The notes under the pieces were generated by a model. That model was given only the letters and a program-made list of their open reading frames with translations, was not told where the DNA came from and did not search any database. The translations under genes were made by a program, and so were the position numbers. 64,000 nt of DNA from Candidatus Bathyarchaeota archaeon (GTDB taxonomy: Archaea > Thermoproteota > Bathyarchaeia > Bathyarchaeales > Bathycorpusculaceae). Location: contig CAWGZR010000006.1 in the NCBI GenBank assembly GCA_963827165.1, positions 78,166 through 142,165 on the forward strand, given 5' to 3'. Below, one piece after another: positions 10,863 to 20,280 of the stretch; position 1 is the first letter of the stretch; every line of letters starts with the position of its first letter.

Positions 10863-11576
10863 TCAGTTTCCTTTGATATTTGTTTCAGAAGTCCTCTGGG
10901 GCACCCAGTCTTCTCCTCCGTGACAAAAAAGATAATCAACTATAGAAAGATTGGGCACAAAGGTTCCATATAATTGGGTGTAGACGGGATAATGAAAGTC
11001 TTGAAAGACCACTTTGATTCCTGCGTTCTCCAAAAGGGGGATGTCTAAGTAGACTCGCCCACCAATTCCTGAAAGATAAGTGTCAGCTCCAACTGCTTTA
11101 CATTGGGATAGAATCATATCAGATGATTTTCCCGAAACATTTAATGTTGAAGCCATTACTAATGAAGTCTTTATCCTAAGAAAATTCATTATGCCCTTTA
11201 TGAGGTGCAGGTTTAGCTCCATAAGAGATTCCCACTTTTGGCGATAAGCCTGCTCGAAAAAATCGCAATATTGCTTCCAATAAGGCGCCGCCTCATAGTT
11301 TAATTCAAGAACCCGCCAGTGGTGCAATCCCCACTCCGACTCTAAGCGTTTAGCAATTCTAATTTCCTTAATTGGCAAGGTCTCGCCTACATGTTCGATT
11401 GGAACGCTCAACCATGTAGCGCCTTTGACCGTTTTTATTTGATTTCTATTTTGAAAATCGTGTCTTTCGTATTGAACATCATCTTGAATTACAAAGATGT
11501 CACATTGAGACATTTTATCAAAAAAACCGAGATACGGCAAATAGTTTGGTTGATGCCCAGATGTAATCATTTTCAT
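10863..11576 (-). CDS. WbqC family protein
   Basis: HQPNYLPYLGFFDK, DDVQY, NRNQI, YLSGIGG, FVPNLSIVDYLF. Start moved to MKMITSGHQ. Confidence 0.9.
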   Translation of the reverse strand: MKMITSGHQPNYLPYLGFFDKMSQCDIFVIQDDVQYERHDFQNRNQIKTVKGATWLSVPIEHVGETLPIKEIRIAKRLESEWGLHHWRVLELNYEAAPYWKQYCDFFEQAYRQKWESLMELNLHLIKGIMNFLRIKTSLVMASTLNVSGKSSDMILSQCKAVGADTYLSGIGGRVYLDIPLLENAGIKVVFQDFHYPVYTQLYGTFVPNLSIVDYLFCHGGEDWVPQRTSETNIKGN

Positions 11577-11613
11577 TACTTCCTTCTCAAGGGAACCGCA
11601 GAAAAAGAGGTGG

Positions 11614-12753
11614 TTACTTTGTTTTTGAGGCTTTAATGCAATTGTCAAGAGCCTTAGTTATGTGGGGTACGCTTTCTTTGGCTATCGCGACGTGCAATGG
11701 CAAGCAGATTACTCTTGGCAAAACATCCTCTGCAACTGGGAACATGCCTTCGCTGGTTCCAAAGTTTTCTCTGTAATAGGGGTGAAGGTGAACTGGTGGA
11801 TAGTAGAGATGCCCTGTTTCAATGTTGTATTCTTCTCTCAGCATCTTGCTGACTTTTTCTACGTTGATACCTTTGTTAAGCTTTACGGTGTATTTGTAGT
11901 AGCTATGCCTTATCCCAGATGGTTCCATGATTGGAGAAACACCATCCACTTTATGCAAACATTCATTATAAATCTGAGCAAGTTCATTTCGGCGAGTAAC
12001 AAAAAACTCCAAATTCTCCAATTGATGTTCGCCAAGTATAGCATTGATCTCACTCGTGCACCAATTGTGGCCAAAGGTCACCATGAGTGATTGCGAGTTC
12101 TGGCCATGATTTCGCATCATGCGAGCAGCTTCCGCTAAACCAGAATTATCGGTAGTTATCATTCCACCTTCACCCGTAGTCATTATCTTTGTTGGATAAA
12201 ATGAGAAACAACCTGCATCGCTCAAAGCACCAGCTTTTAGACCATCAATCATAGCGCCATGCGCGTGAGCACAATCTTCGATAAGAAACAAGCCGTGATC
12301 TTTACATAATTTGGAAAGCTGATGGATTTGGGGACACACTAAGCCAGCTATATGAACTACGATAACTCCAACGGTTTTTGGCGAAATTCGACGTTCAATG
12401 TCGACTGGATCGATGCATAATGTGTCTTCTCGCATGTCTGCAAAGACTGGCTTTCCTCCAGCGAACAAAACTGAGTTAGCAGTAGCTATGAAAGTGTTGG
12501 CGGGGACTATAACTTCAGCGTTTTTTACACCGAAATATCGGAGGGCAATTTCAAGGTTTGAAGTGCCCGAATTAACAGCAACCGCATGTTTAGTTTGTAT
12601 ATAGTCAGCAAACTTTCGCTCAAATTCTTTAACATGTGGTCCGTTTGTTAACAAGCCACTTCTCAGCGTTGACGCCATGTCAGATAGGATTTTTTGGATA
12701 CTTTCTTCATCAAAAACAGGGAAAGCTGTTCGATATACCGCATTTTCTTTCAT
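11614..12753 (-). CDS. DegT/DnrJ/EryC1/StrS sugar aminotransferase
   Basis: AVNSGT, IEDCAHAHGA, FSFYPTKIMTTGEGG (PLP lysine). Confidence 0.95.
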   Translation of the reverse strand: MKENAVYRTAFPVFDEESIQKILSDMASTLRSGLLTNGPHVKEFERKFADYIQTKHAVAVNSGTSNLEIALRYFGVKNAEVIVPANTFIATANSVLFAGGKPVFADMREDTLCIDPVDIERRISPKTVGVIVVHIAGLVCPQIHQLSKLCKDHGLFLIEDCAHAHGAMIDGLKAGALSDAGCFSFYPTKIMTTGEGGMITTDNSGLAEAARMMRNHGQNSQSLMVTFGHNWCTSEINAILGEHQLENLEFFVTRRNELAQIYNECLHKVDGVSPIMEPSGIRHSYYKYTVKLNKGINVEKVSKMLREEYNIETGHLYYPPVHLHPYYRENFGTSEGMFPVAEDVLPRVICLPLHVAIAKESVPHITKALDNCIKASKTK

Positions 12754-13266
12754 AATAAACTCCGACCATTATTTTGTAATTTTCATTGTGTAACATTATT
12801 TAATTTGAGTCTATATTATCAACAAACCATACTAAATCGGCAGAACAAGCGTGATTTGTTCTGCAACAGAGATGTGATCTTCGATAGTCACATACTTATA
12901 AAAACATTAATCTTTGATAGATATAACTCTTATTCCGAAGAAGAATACCATCATTCTTAACAACAAACGTCAATAGCTAAAATTCTTATTGTGATAAAAG
13001 GTTTCCAATAATGAATCCCTCTTTGACAAGAGCAGATAAGCAATGGCGCGCCTAATCAGTAAAGCGCACTCTTTATCACAACATCAAATACGTTCTGAAT
13101 ATTCCTTAATAAAACCTAGGTAACGAAATATAGGACAGAACTGCTATAATTGTTGAAATCCAAATAGATCTGCTTCACTTGTCAGATTAAGTCTTAATTT
13201 TTGGGTTATCTGACGTAAATTCAGGGCACTTACATTAAAATTGTCTTGCAACGCTAAGAATTACAT

Positions 13267-13968
13267 TTAATACTTTGTTTCTAAGATTATGCGCTTCAAA
13301 ATTTCAGCGCCGTTTTTAACGCCAAGCTTTTTCTCGCCTAATCTTTCTCGATACCGAATTGGAATCTCCACAATGCCAAAACCCTCCCGCTCGACATAAT
13401 GATTAAGCTCTACCTCAATATCAAAACCCTTAGACTTAACCGTCCAGTTCCGAAGAATGCTCGCACGTACCACACGCAAACCCGTCAACGGATCAGCCAA
13501 CTGGACCCCATTAAAAAAGTTGTGAGTAAACGCAATAAGCTTATTCCCAAAATAAAAAACGTTATGCAACGCCTTACCATCAACATGACCGTTAAACCTA
13601 TTACCACAAACCATGCCTATATCAGGATTCTCCTCTAGTACCTGAATCATCTCAGGAACGTATTCAGCTGGATAAGTGTAGTCTGCATCAGTAATAACAA
13701 CATAATCAACCATTGAATCCAAGTTCTTAACTGCCTTCGCCAACGCATCTCCTTTACCCAATCCATCTTGAAAAAGAACGTCTGCACCCTGGTCCTTTGC
13801 TACCTCAACAGTTCGATCACTGCTTCTGCCGTCTACTACTAGAACATGCGGATTATTGAGGGTGTCAAAAATCTCGGCTATGGTGAGCCCTATCCCCTCT
13901 TCTTCATTCAACGCAGCTATAATAATCTGCGTAGACGACACATGCTCGCTTCCTTTCTGTCCTTGCAA
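13267..13968 (-). CDS. Glycosyltransferase family 2 (Dol-P glycosyltransferase-like)
   Basis: AALNEE, VVDGRSSDRT, GKGDA, DADYTYP, GFDIEVE. Confidence 0.92.
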   Translation of the reverse strand: MQGQKGSEHVSSTQIIIAALNEEEGIGLTIAEIFDTLNNPHVLVVDGRSSDRTVEVAKDQGADVLFQDGLGKGDALAKAVKNLDSMVDYVVITDADYTYPAEYVPEMIQVLEENPDIGMVCGNRFNGHVDGKALHNVFYFGNKLIAFTHNFFNGVQLADPLTGLRVVRASILRNWTVKSKGFDIEVELNHYVEREGFGIVEIPIRYRERLGEKKLGVKNGAEILKRIILETKY

Positions 13969-14087
13969 TATTTCATCTTCTTTTTAAATTAAACCGCCCA
14001 AAAGCAGTCGTTAAAATTAACAGTTCAACGGCTATTTAAAGAAGTATAAAAAAAACCGGAATATATCAAGACTCAAGCCCTAAATCG

Positions 14088-14417
14088 TTAACAATCAATA
14101 GAACTAAGCTCACGTTTCTCACATAGGTGAGACAGCTGCTCACGCTCAGAACTCAAAGCTTCTAGCCGTTCCTGGGCAGTGGTACAGCGTTCACGAAATC
14201 CACTGTACCGTTGAAGAAACTCTTGGCCGCGGTCAGTTACATAATAGATAGAACAGTTTACTTGAATAAAACCGGCGTTAACTGCAATATCCAAATATTT
14301 CTCAAGAAGCTTAAAACTTAGTTTTGCTGCAAACATTATGCGCGTCTTGTTCGTACCTGAATTGGCGGCTTCCAGCACGGATGCAACAATACCCAATCGA
14401 TCGCGATTCTTAACCAA
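14088..14417 (-). CDS. Winged helix-turn-helix protein
   Basis: RDRLGIVASVLEAA...KTRIMFAAKLSFKLLEKYL...YYVTDRGQEFL, the archaeal wHTH pattern. Confidence 0.85.
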   Translation of the reverse strand: MVKNRDRLGIVASVLEAANSGTNKTRIMFAAKLSFKLLEKYLDIAVNAGFIQVNCSIYYVTDRGQEFLQRYSGFRERCTTAQERLEALSSEREQLSHLCEKRELSSIDC

Positions 14418-14949
14418 ACAAACCCCTCGACAAATAATGTCAGTGTATAAAAAGGCTCAAAGCACAAGCAAAAGCCTTGCTAAGCAATCCCTTCCTGACG
14501 GAAGCAGATATGAAAAAAAAGAGCCTTAACTAGACTGCGAATCCTTCGCTGTTATAATCCTCCACCTGTGAAGTAGCATTTTCAATAGAACTTCTTTTAA
14601 ACTTTTCTATTTTGCATACGATGAACCGCTTGAAAAACAAGGAACCGAAAATAAGATTGACCCAAAAAAGCGCAAGGTGCCAAATGCAAACGCCGCTTGC
14701 AGCTAGCCATCTTTTATGATTGAACAACCGCTGGATCGAAACCATTATTCTCAACTTTCTTAATTCTTGCTAAACAAGTAACTAAAAAAAGCATTTAAAC
14801 CTTATTTCAAAAAACAAAACAAATCGAAAGAATTCTGGCAACGAACTTGTTAGAGGCCACCTTGCGATAGTTGAAAAGTAAACTTTGCTAAAGTTCAAAA
14901 ACATGCATATAATCAACTCCAACTTGAAATGATATGTCAATTACATAGC

Positions 14950-15171
14950 TTAGTCTGCTACTATTTCTTTTTGAGAGGGTATTACAAATAAATCGACGTT
15001 GTCCTGCCTTACGGTTTTGTTGACTGTTTTTTGCGGTTGTTTTGTTTTGGATTGTCTTGGTCTCCCCGCCAAATAAAGGCTCCATCCAGCGATAAAGATT
15101 ATGATTATCATGGGTGCGAATAGGATTACCACGAGTTTGCTGCGCTTTTTTCTGGTCGTTGGTTTTGCCAA
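14950..15171 (-). CDS. Small single-pass membrane protein
   Basis: Basic N-terminus, TM LVVILFAPMIIIIFIAGWSLYLAG. Confidence 0.6.
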   Translation of the reverse strand: MAKPTTRKKRSKLVVILFAPMIIIIFIAGWSLYLAGRPRQSKTKQPQKTVNKTVRQDNVDLFVIPSQKEIVAD

Positions 15172-15370
15172 GCAAAGGCACTTTCCGCACTCTCATTACT
15201 TGATTCTTCAGATATAAACTTTCCTTGAATAGAGGTGAAACGCTCCCCGCAATGGATCCCGAACTATTATGTTCATTAGCAGGCTTGATTTGACAACTCT
15301 TTTGAGCACACACTTTGCAGCCTAACAATATTAAGGAAAGCTTTTATTCAAAACAAACAAACATCAATAT

Positions 15371-16357
15371 ATGCCTCAATTTCTCTCCGGCCAAGCTTTA
15401 TACGAAACAATACAAAGCAAATCAATTGATACAAAAGGAATTCTGTGGATGTGCTCTCCAAATCTTGGCTCTAACGCCCACGAAGTTTTCTCCCAAGAAA
15501 TCTCGAAGAGCCCCCCTGCCGATATCCGGTTTATTTCCAGGATAAACGAGTCTTCAGTAAAGAAAGGTGAGGTCTCTCCATATGAAGCTCAGTACATCAT
15601 TGAGCATTTCGGAAACCACAGCATCAAATCATTGGATGGCTTCAATTCAAATATCTACATCTTTGACGATTCGGCAGTAATAACCTCAGCTTGCTTGGAA
15701 AAAACATCGTTTGAAAGTGGCACAGAGGTCGGCGTGACTTTAGAAGGGCGCCAGTTTGACGAGTCTAAGGCGTTTTTTGATCAAAATCTGTGGCAACATG
15801 CAAAGCCTGTGGGCGATCTGAGGAAACTCAAGCAGATGTGGAATTCAACACAAATTAAGTCCAAGATGGAGAAAATAAAGAAAGTCAAGCCCCTTATTCA
15901 ATTCAGGAGTTGGACAGATGAATACGTTAACAGATGGTACATTGCAGTCTCTTTTCAGTTGCCTGCAAAGACCGAGCGCAAAATAAAGAAAGAAATAACA
16001 TGGCCAAATGAGTTGGCAGTCGTGGGAGATGTTGGCTACCAAACTTTTAGGGAACTTAAACTGGGTGACTTAGCTTATCTAGTTAACTTCAAGAACAAGC
16101 GTGGGAAAGTGGAAATCGAAAGGGCACGCATATTTGACAAAATCAAAGTCGAAACTGATGAGGGCGACCTTCACTTTGCATACCATGCAGACAACAAATA
16201 CCTAATGGAAAGGGAACAATTCTTTGAGATGCTAAGAAACGTAAATATTAATCCTTCAAGAACCTTCGAAACCCTACTCAACACGGAACAAGTTACCCAA
16301 CTAAACGATTGTCTTATATCAATAAGACCTAAAAGGAAAAGGAAAGCGAAATCATAG
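15371..16357 (+). CDS. Phospholipase D-like (nuclease-type) domain protein with degenerate catalytic motif
   Basis: CSP strand, then FNSNIYIFDDSAVITSACL...GTEVGV aligning with the canonical LHAKxYxxD...TSANL...NxExG; extra basic C-terminal domain. Confidence 0.7.
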   Translation: MPQFLSGQALYETIQSKSIDTKGILWMCSPNLGSNAHEVFSQEISKSPPADIRFISRINESSVKKGEVSPYEAQYIIEHFGNHSIKSLDGFNSNIYIFDDSAVITSACLEKTSFESGTEVGVTLEGRQFDESKAFFDQNLWQHAKPVGDLRKLKQMWNSTQIKSKMEKIKKVKPLIQFRSWTDEYVNRWYIAVSFQLPAKTERKIKKEITWPNELAVVGDVGYQTFRELKLGDLAYLVNFKNKRGKVEIERARIFDKIKVETDEGDLHFAYHADNKYLMEREQFFEMLRNVNINPSRTFETLLNTEQVTQLNDCLISIRPKRKRKAKS

Positions 16358-16401
16358 CTGACTAGTTTTTCGAGCCTTAAATGGTGAGCCAAGTGGTCCG
16401 T

Positions 16402-16653
16402 TTAGTGAAAACTGCTTAAACCGAAAAACCTCAAAACGTTGATTCCGCGTTCCGTTGAACTGTAACCAACAGGGATATTATTTGCACCTACTATCAGCGT
16501 AATTAAAGATGTTTTAACAAGAATTTCTAAAGAATCTCCAAGTTGGCCTTCTCCAATTTTTGTGGTTGACAGCATGTCATCAAAAGTTATTTTGTTTCTT
16601 TTTTCCACAATCCGAAGTAAAGCTAAACACTGTTCAAGTTTGCTATGTTGCAT
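16402..16653 (-). CDS. Small winged-helix protein
   Basis: SKLE...LLRIV, LEILVKTSLI, YSSTERGINVLRFF. Confidence 0.7.
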   Translation of the reverse strand: MQHSKLEQCLALLRIVEKRNKITFDDMLSTTKIGEGQLGDSLEILVKTSLITLIVGANNIPVGYSSTERGINVLRFFGLSSFH

Positions 16654-16976
16654 TTGAAATCATAATTATTAATTTCACAAGATATATAAAAAATTTTGCA
16701 GTTCTTTTTCGCGAGAACACGAGCCATTATCCATTGCCATAAGCAAATGAAAAAGGAAATTTGCAGTAGCCCATCGAAAAAAGCCGCCCCCCGAACTGAA
16801 AGGAATAAAAGCCCTTTCCTTTCTCCTCGTTTTGCTCCTTTTCCCATAAAATGCTAAGCCGGCAAAATAGCGTATAAGTCATATTCCAAGAGCGGATTAA
16901 GTCGCAAAAGAAATTGACCTTTGATCGCGCCGCTTTGAGATGTAAGATTTAATTTGTGTGATACTTTGGGGATAAA

Positions 16977-17546
16977 TCACAAAACGCCACTTCGCTTGTC
17001 AACTGAGCCTACCAAAACATTCAACTCGTTTATGTCTAATTGCTGAGATAGCCATTTTTTAAGAATTAATGAAAAACTCGGCAATGCGCCCGTATACACG
17101 ATTAATTTGTTTCCCTTAAGTGCGTTGACTTGAAAAACCGTCATATCTTCTTTATAATTGAAAGTCAAGCTTTGCGCCTTTACTGCCAATGCCTTAAAAT
17201 CGCTCCACTGTTTGCATTGAAAAGTCGCGGAAGATAGGTTATCGAACGCCTTGAAAGGTGTAGTTTGACCCGTTTGCTCCTTAATTTGGGTTGGAAGAGT
17301 TCCTTTTGGCGAGTTGTCTAATACGAAGGCGATTAGGTTTGTTACTTCTTTTTGGATTTGGCTTATTGTTTCTTCAGTTTTTTCGACTTTACTGTTTAAT
17401 CCGTTTTTTGTCTTGCCTATTTGTTCGGTGACCGTTGCAATGTCATGAAATAATTTATCCAAATGCTGTTCATGTTCTTTTAGAGCGTTGATTATGAAAT
17501 CTAACGCCTCTAGAGATTTGTCTTTCGAGTCGTGGTCGTCTGTCAT
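16977..17546 (-). CDS. Conserved hypothetical protein, paralog of 34079-34636
   Basis: SLEALDFIINALKEHE and CKQWSDF...ALKGN shared with the 34 kb copy. Start moved to MTDDHDSK to match the paralog. Confidence 0.8.
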   Translation of the reverse strand: MTDDHDSKDKSLEALDFIINALKEHEQHLDKLFHDIATVTEQIGKTKNGLNSKVEKTEETISQIQKEVTNLIAFVLDNSPKGTLPTQIKEQTGQTTPFKAFDNLSSATFQCKQWSDFKALAVKAQSLTFNYKEDMTVFQVNALKGNKLIVYTGALPSFSLILKKWLSQQLDINELNVLVGSVDKRSGVL

Positions 17547-17770
17547 GTCTTTCAATTTCCAAGTTGAAACTAAGCTATTTTTCTTTTTAAGGCATATTTC
17601 GGCAAAGAAATATTCTATCTCTTGATAGTAGCGGCCAACAAGTTGGTTACGACTGGTTTTTTCAAGGTGATCATTTTTCTTCTGGAGCGGGACAAATATT
17701 ATATAGCAATACGTCATATACATTGCAAGGTTAAACACAGCTCTTTGTAGGAGCAAGTAGGTAAGGAAGA

Positions 17771-18139
17771 ATCAAAACGCGAAAAGAAGCAACGCTAACC
17801 TGCCCTAATCAGGCATGTGGAAAAGTTATCCCTAAGCCCCTAAAAACGCTTAATCTTCAGCAAGCTTCAGGAAAGCGCTATAACGCATGCCCTTATTGTT
17901 TAGAGGAAATTAATCTCGTTGAAATCGGGCGTAAAAATCCCGATGAAAAAACAGCTACACAAACTGAGTTCGTTGATAAAAAACCCGATCAAGCCGAGAG
18001 GAAATTACCAAATTGCAATCATTACTTTGGCTATATGAATGAAAAAGACCACAAGCAGCAAATCCCAGAAGACTGCATGTTGTGCCCTCAGGTAATGGAA
18101 TGCATGAAAGAAAAAGGGTCTGCAAAACCAAAAACTTAG
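17771..18139 (+). CDS. Cys-rich metal-binding protein without a canonical start
   Basis: Open frame between TAA (17762) and TAG (18137): IKTRKEATLTCPNQACGK...ACPYCLEE...CNHYFGYMNEKDHKQQIPEDCMLCPQVMECM. Confidence 0.7.
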   Translation: MKTRKEATLTCPNQACGKVIPKPLKTLNLQQASGKRYNACPYCLEEINLVEIGRKNPDEKTATQTEFVDKKPDQAERKLPNCNHYFGYMNEKDHKQQIPEDCMLCPQVMECMKEKGSAKPKT

Positions 18140-18551
18140 ATTAAAGAAAAAACATCGGCTTCCTACCTGAAATTCTATGAGCATCTGTCTTCCCAGTGAT
18201 GCCGACTCTTTCAGCCAAGCGAATCACAATTTAATGAACTAAACTTCGCAAAAGGCTTTTTCCAAATTTTTTGACATAATCCAACTCTGGAATACGCCTT
18301 TTAAGGCATAAAAGCAACTTACTTATTGAGGAGAAAGGAGAGCTTCTCAGAAAAGGGAAAGGGGAAAACTCCCCATTATTTTAGTTCGGAAAAGTTAGCT
18401 GTTCTCTTGATCGTAAAACTTTTACATTCAAATTATAACTTACTAGTCCTAAGAGGTTATTTTGAATCATTAATTATGAAGGAACGATATGCAAGTTTGG
18501 ATTGTCTACCCCAACAACCCGACAGAGTACTTGCTAAAAAACATGAAAACT

Positions 18552-18701
18552 TTACAGAATGATTACACTACCACAGTAGTCGCCCGAATTGAAAGATGTT
18601 TTGCAATGTCCACATCTATAATGTTCAACGTGAAACCAGTTATTTGTTATCCATTTATCAGGTTTAGAAACTTCTTTTCCACATTTAGGACATTTAGCCA
18701 T
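18552..18701 (-). CDS. Cren7-like zinc-ribbon microprotein (49 aa)
   Basis: MAKCPKCGKEVSKPDKWITNNWFHVEHYRCGHCKTSFNSGDYCGSVIIL; paralog at 19710. Confidence 0.75.
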   Translation of the reverse strand: MAKCPKCGKEVSKPDKWITNNWFHVEHYRCGHCKTSFNSGDYCGSVIIL

Positions 18702-18950
18702 TCCAAAACGCACTTTTTTGCAATACTGTAACTAGTTATTGCCAAGAAGCGATTTAACTATTGCTTATTATTTGATTATGAATCAATCATACAATGCTTG
18801 AATACGAATTCAGCTTATTGGAAAGACTTTAACGCGTAAGTTAAATAGAAAAATAGGAATCTAGCAATGACATAATCCATTTCAGAAATATCCCTTTAAC
18901 CGCTGGAAACAAGTTCTCTTTCTTACTTGAGAATCGAATAGTTTCTCAAA

Positions 18951-19190
18951 ATGACGGGTTCAGAGGGTAACTTGATGATTTGCGATTGGTGCGGAAAGAA
19001 CCATTCAGGGATTAGGCAAAGTAAAGAAGTTTTCCACGTACTTGATAGTTATGCAGCAACTCCAGTCATATGCGAAGATTGTTATCGCAAATTGGAGAAA
19101 ACAAAATCATACATTTGGAAGCGAAAGAATTCAAAGGTCGTTAAACCAAGAGTTTCTGATGACTTCTGCTTGGAACTTACTGAGGTTTAA
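18951..19190 (+). CDS. Small zinc-finger protein
   Basis: CDWCGK...VICEDCY; GAGGG upstream of the internal MIC start. Confidence 0.6.
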   Translation: MTGSEGNLMICDWCGKNHSGIRQSKEVFHVLDSYAATPVICEDCYRKLEKTKSYIWKRKNSKVVKPRVSDDFCLELTEV

Positions 19191-19320
19191 TCCTTTGCTC
19201 TCCAGTGGTTAAACGTTAATCTACCCACAAGTTGCACCAAATTGCAGGTTTTGCTGGTTCTCCCAGTGTGTGCAGTCTCTTTATTTCTTGAGCTAGGCGT
19301 CTGAATTCGCGTTTTTAATA

Positions 19321-19474
19321 TTAGGATTGTCTAATATTGTATAATATTGTCTGAAAGTGTACAATACTACATTATAGTGTATATACGTGTATAATTTTGT
19401 ATTATTACGACTCAACCTGCAAACGAATTAAGCTTCCCGGCAAGAAAGCAACCCAAAACACAATCAAAAAAATT
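19321..19474 (-). repeat. Leader plus 10-bp-period array, copy C
   Basis: Leader 19409-19474 matches 56463-56528 at 52/66 ungapped positions. Units on the minus strand: gtcgtaataa tacaaaatta tacacgtata tacactataa tgtagtattg tacactttca gacaatatta tacaatatta gacaatccta. Confidence 0.85.
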
Positions 19475-19520
19475 CCCCTTCCAAAAAAACCGCGCGATCT
19501 CTATTCACAAATCTGCAATC

Positions 19521-19616
19521 TTTTTTTTACAACTTTTAGGCTATTTCAGAGGTTTTGAGAGAATCGTTGTAACTAATCCAACCTCCCTAACAAAAAAGCA
19601 AGCCAACACGAATTGT
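19521..19616 (-). repeat. Probable degenerate leader plus short array, copy D
   Basis: 19559-19616 matches copy B leader at about 31/58 ungapped positions. Followed on the minus strand by tctcaaaacc tctgaaatag cctaaaagtt gtaaaaaaaa. Confidence 0.45.
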
Positions 19617-19709
19617 GTCCGATGATTTGTTGCAACTTGCTGTGCCAACATGGTTTCATATGTTATGGTGTTGTAGTCTAAACGTAACTAACTTCAAACG
19701 GTGACTTGC

Positions 19710-19862
19710 TTGGCCATTTGTCCTAAATGCGGCAATGACGTAGTTGCGCCTAATAAGAAACTAGAGAACTCTTTGTTCTGCGTGGCTGTTTTCAAGTGTG
19801 CAAGATGTGGAAGTAATTTCAAGACTCAGCACATGAATACGTTTAATTATGAACCAAAGTAG
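19710..19862 (+). CDS. Cren7-like zinc-ribbon microprotein (50 aa)
   Basis: GGTGA SD then TTG: MAICPKCGNDVVAPNKKLENSLFCVAVFKCARCGSNFKTQHMNTFNYEPK. Confidence 0.75.
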   Translation: MAICPKCGNDVVAPNKKLENSLFCVAVFKCARCGSNFKTQHMNTFNYEPK

Positions 19863-19971
19863 TCGAGGTCAATGGATTCAGTAAATATTGTTTCTCGTTA
19901 TTCTCTTCCAAAGTCAAATTGCCAACTTGGGCTAATTCGTCTATCCATCAAATTTGCATTAAGAGAATTTT

Positions 19972-20280
19972 TTAGAGCCAGAGTGAGGGCTTCTGGCGGG
20001 CATCTGTCACGTCTGTATCAATCATGTCTGCAGCGCGCTCTAAGACTTGTTTGGTCAATTCCATGCAAATTGCTGGCGCTTTTAGGTGAACCACTGGCAC
20101 ATCGTCATTTACCAGTTTTTTGTGTGTGCTTACATGATGGTCAATTTCTTCGATCATTTCGCCCAATGTCGGAACCATAGGGATTTTTTCACCGCATTCA
20201 GGGCACCTTATGTATTTGATTTGGGTTTGTTCAGTGACGTTTTCTTTAGATTCTTCATTTTTATTTAAATTAGTTATCAT
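19972..20280 (-). CDS. Small C2H2-like zinc-finger protein
   Basis: IRCPECGEKI...IDHHVSTH; AGGTG SD upstream. Confidence 0.7.
   Translation of the reverse strand: MITNLNKNEESKENVTEQTQIKYIRCPECGEKIPMVPTLGEMIEEIDHHVSTHKKLVNDDVPVVHLKAPAICMELTKQVLERAADMIDTDVTDARQKPSLWL

Noticed and set aside
14530-14754. 74-aa hydrophobic ORF (also 9862-10047, 16623-16847, 54576-54761)
   Set aside because: May be real, but no motif, paralog or clear SD supports them.
18140-19300. Replication origin (ORB-like cgctggaaac, tccagtgg)
   Set aside because: No repeated full ORB with G-string and no cdc6/orc1 in the window.
19397-19558. Leader as a conserved peptide on the opposite strand (DSTCKRIK...KATQ versus DATCKRFK...KATQ)
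   Set aside because: All differences are non-synonymous, and copy A has a stop four codons upstream with no start; conservation is at DNA or RNA level.
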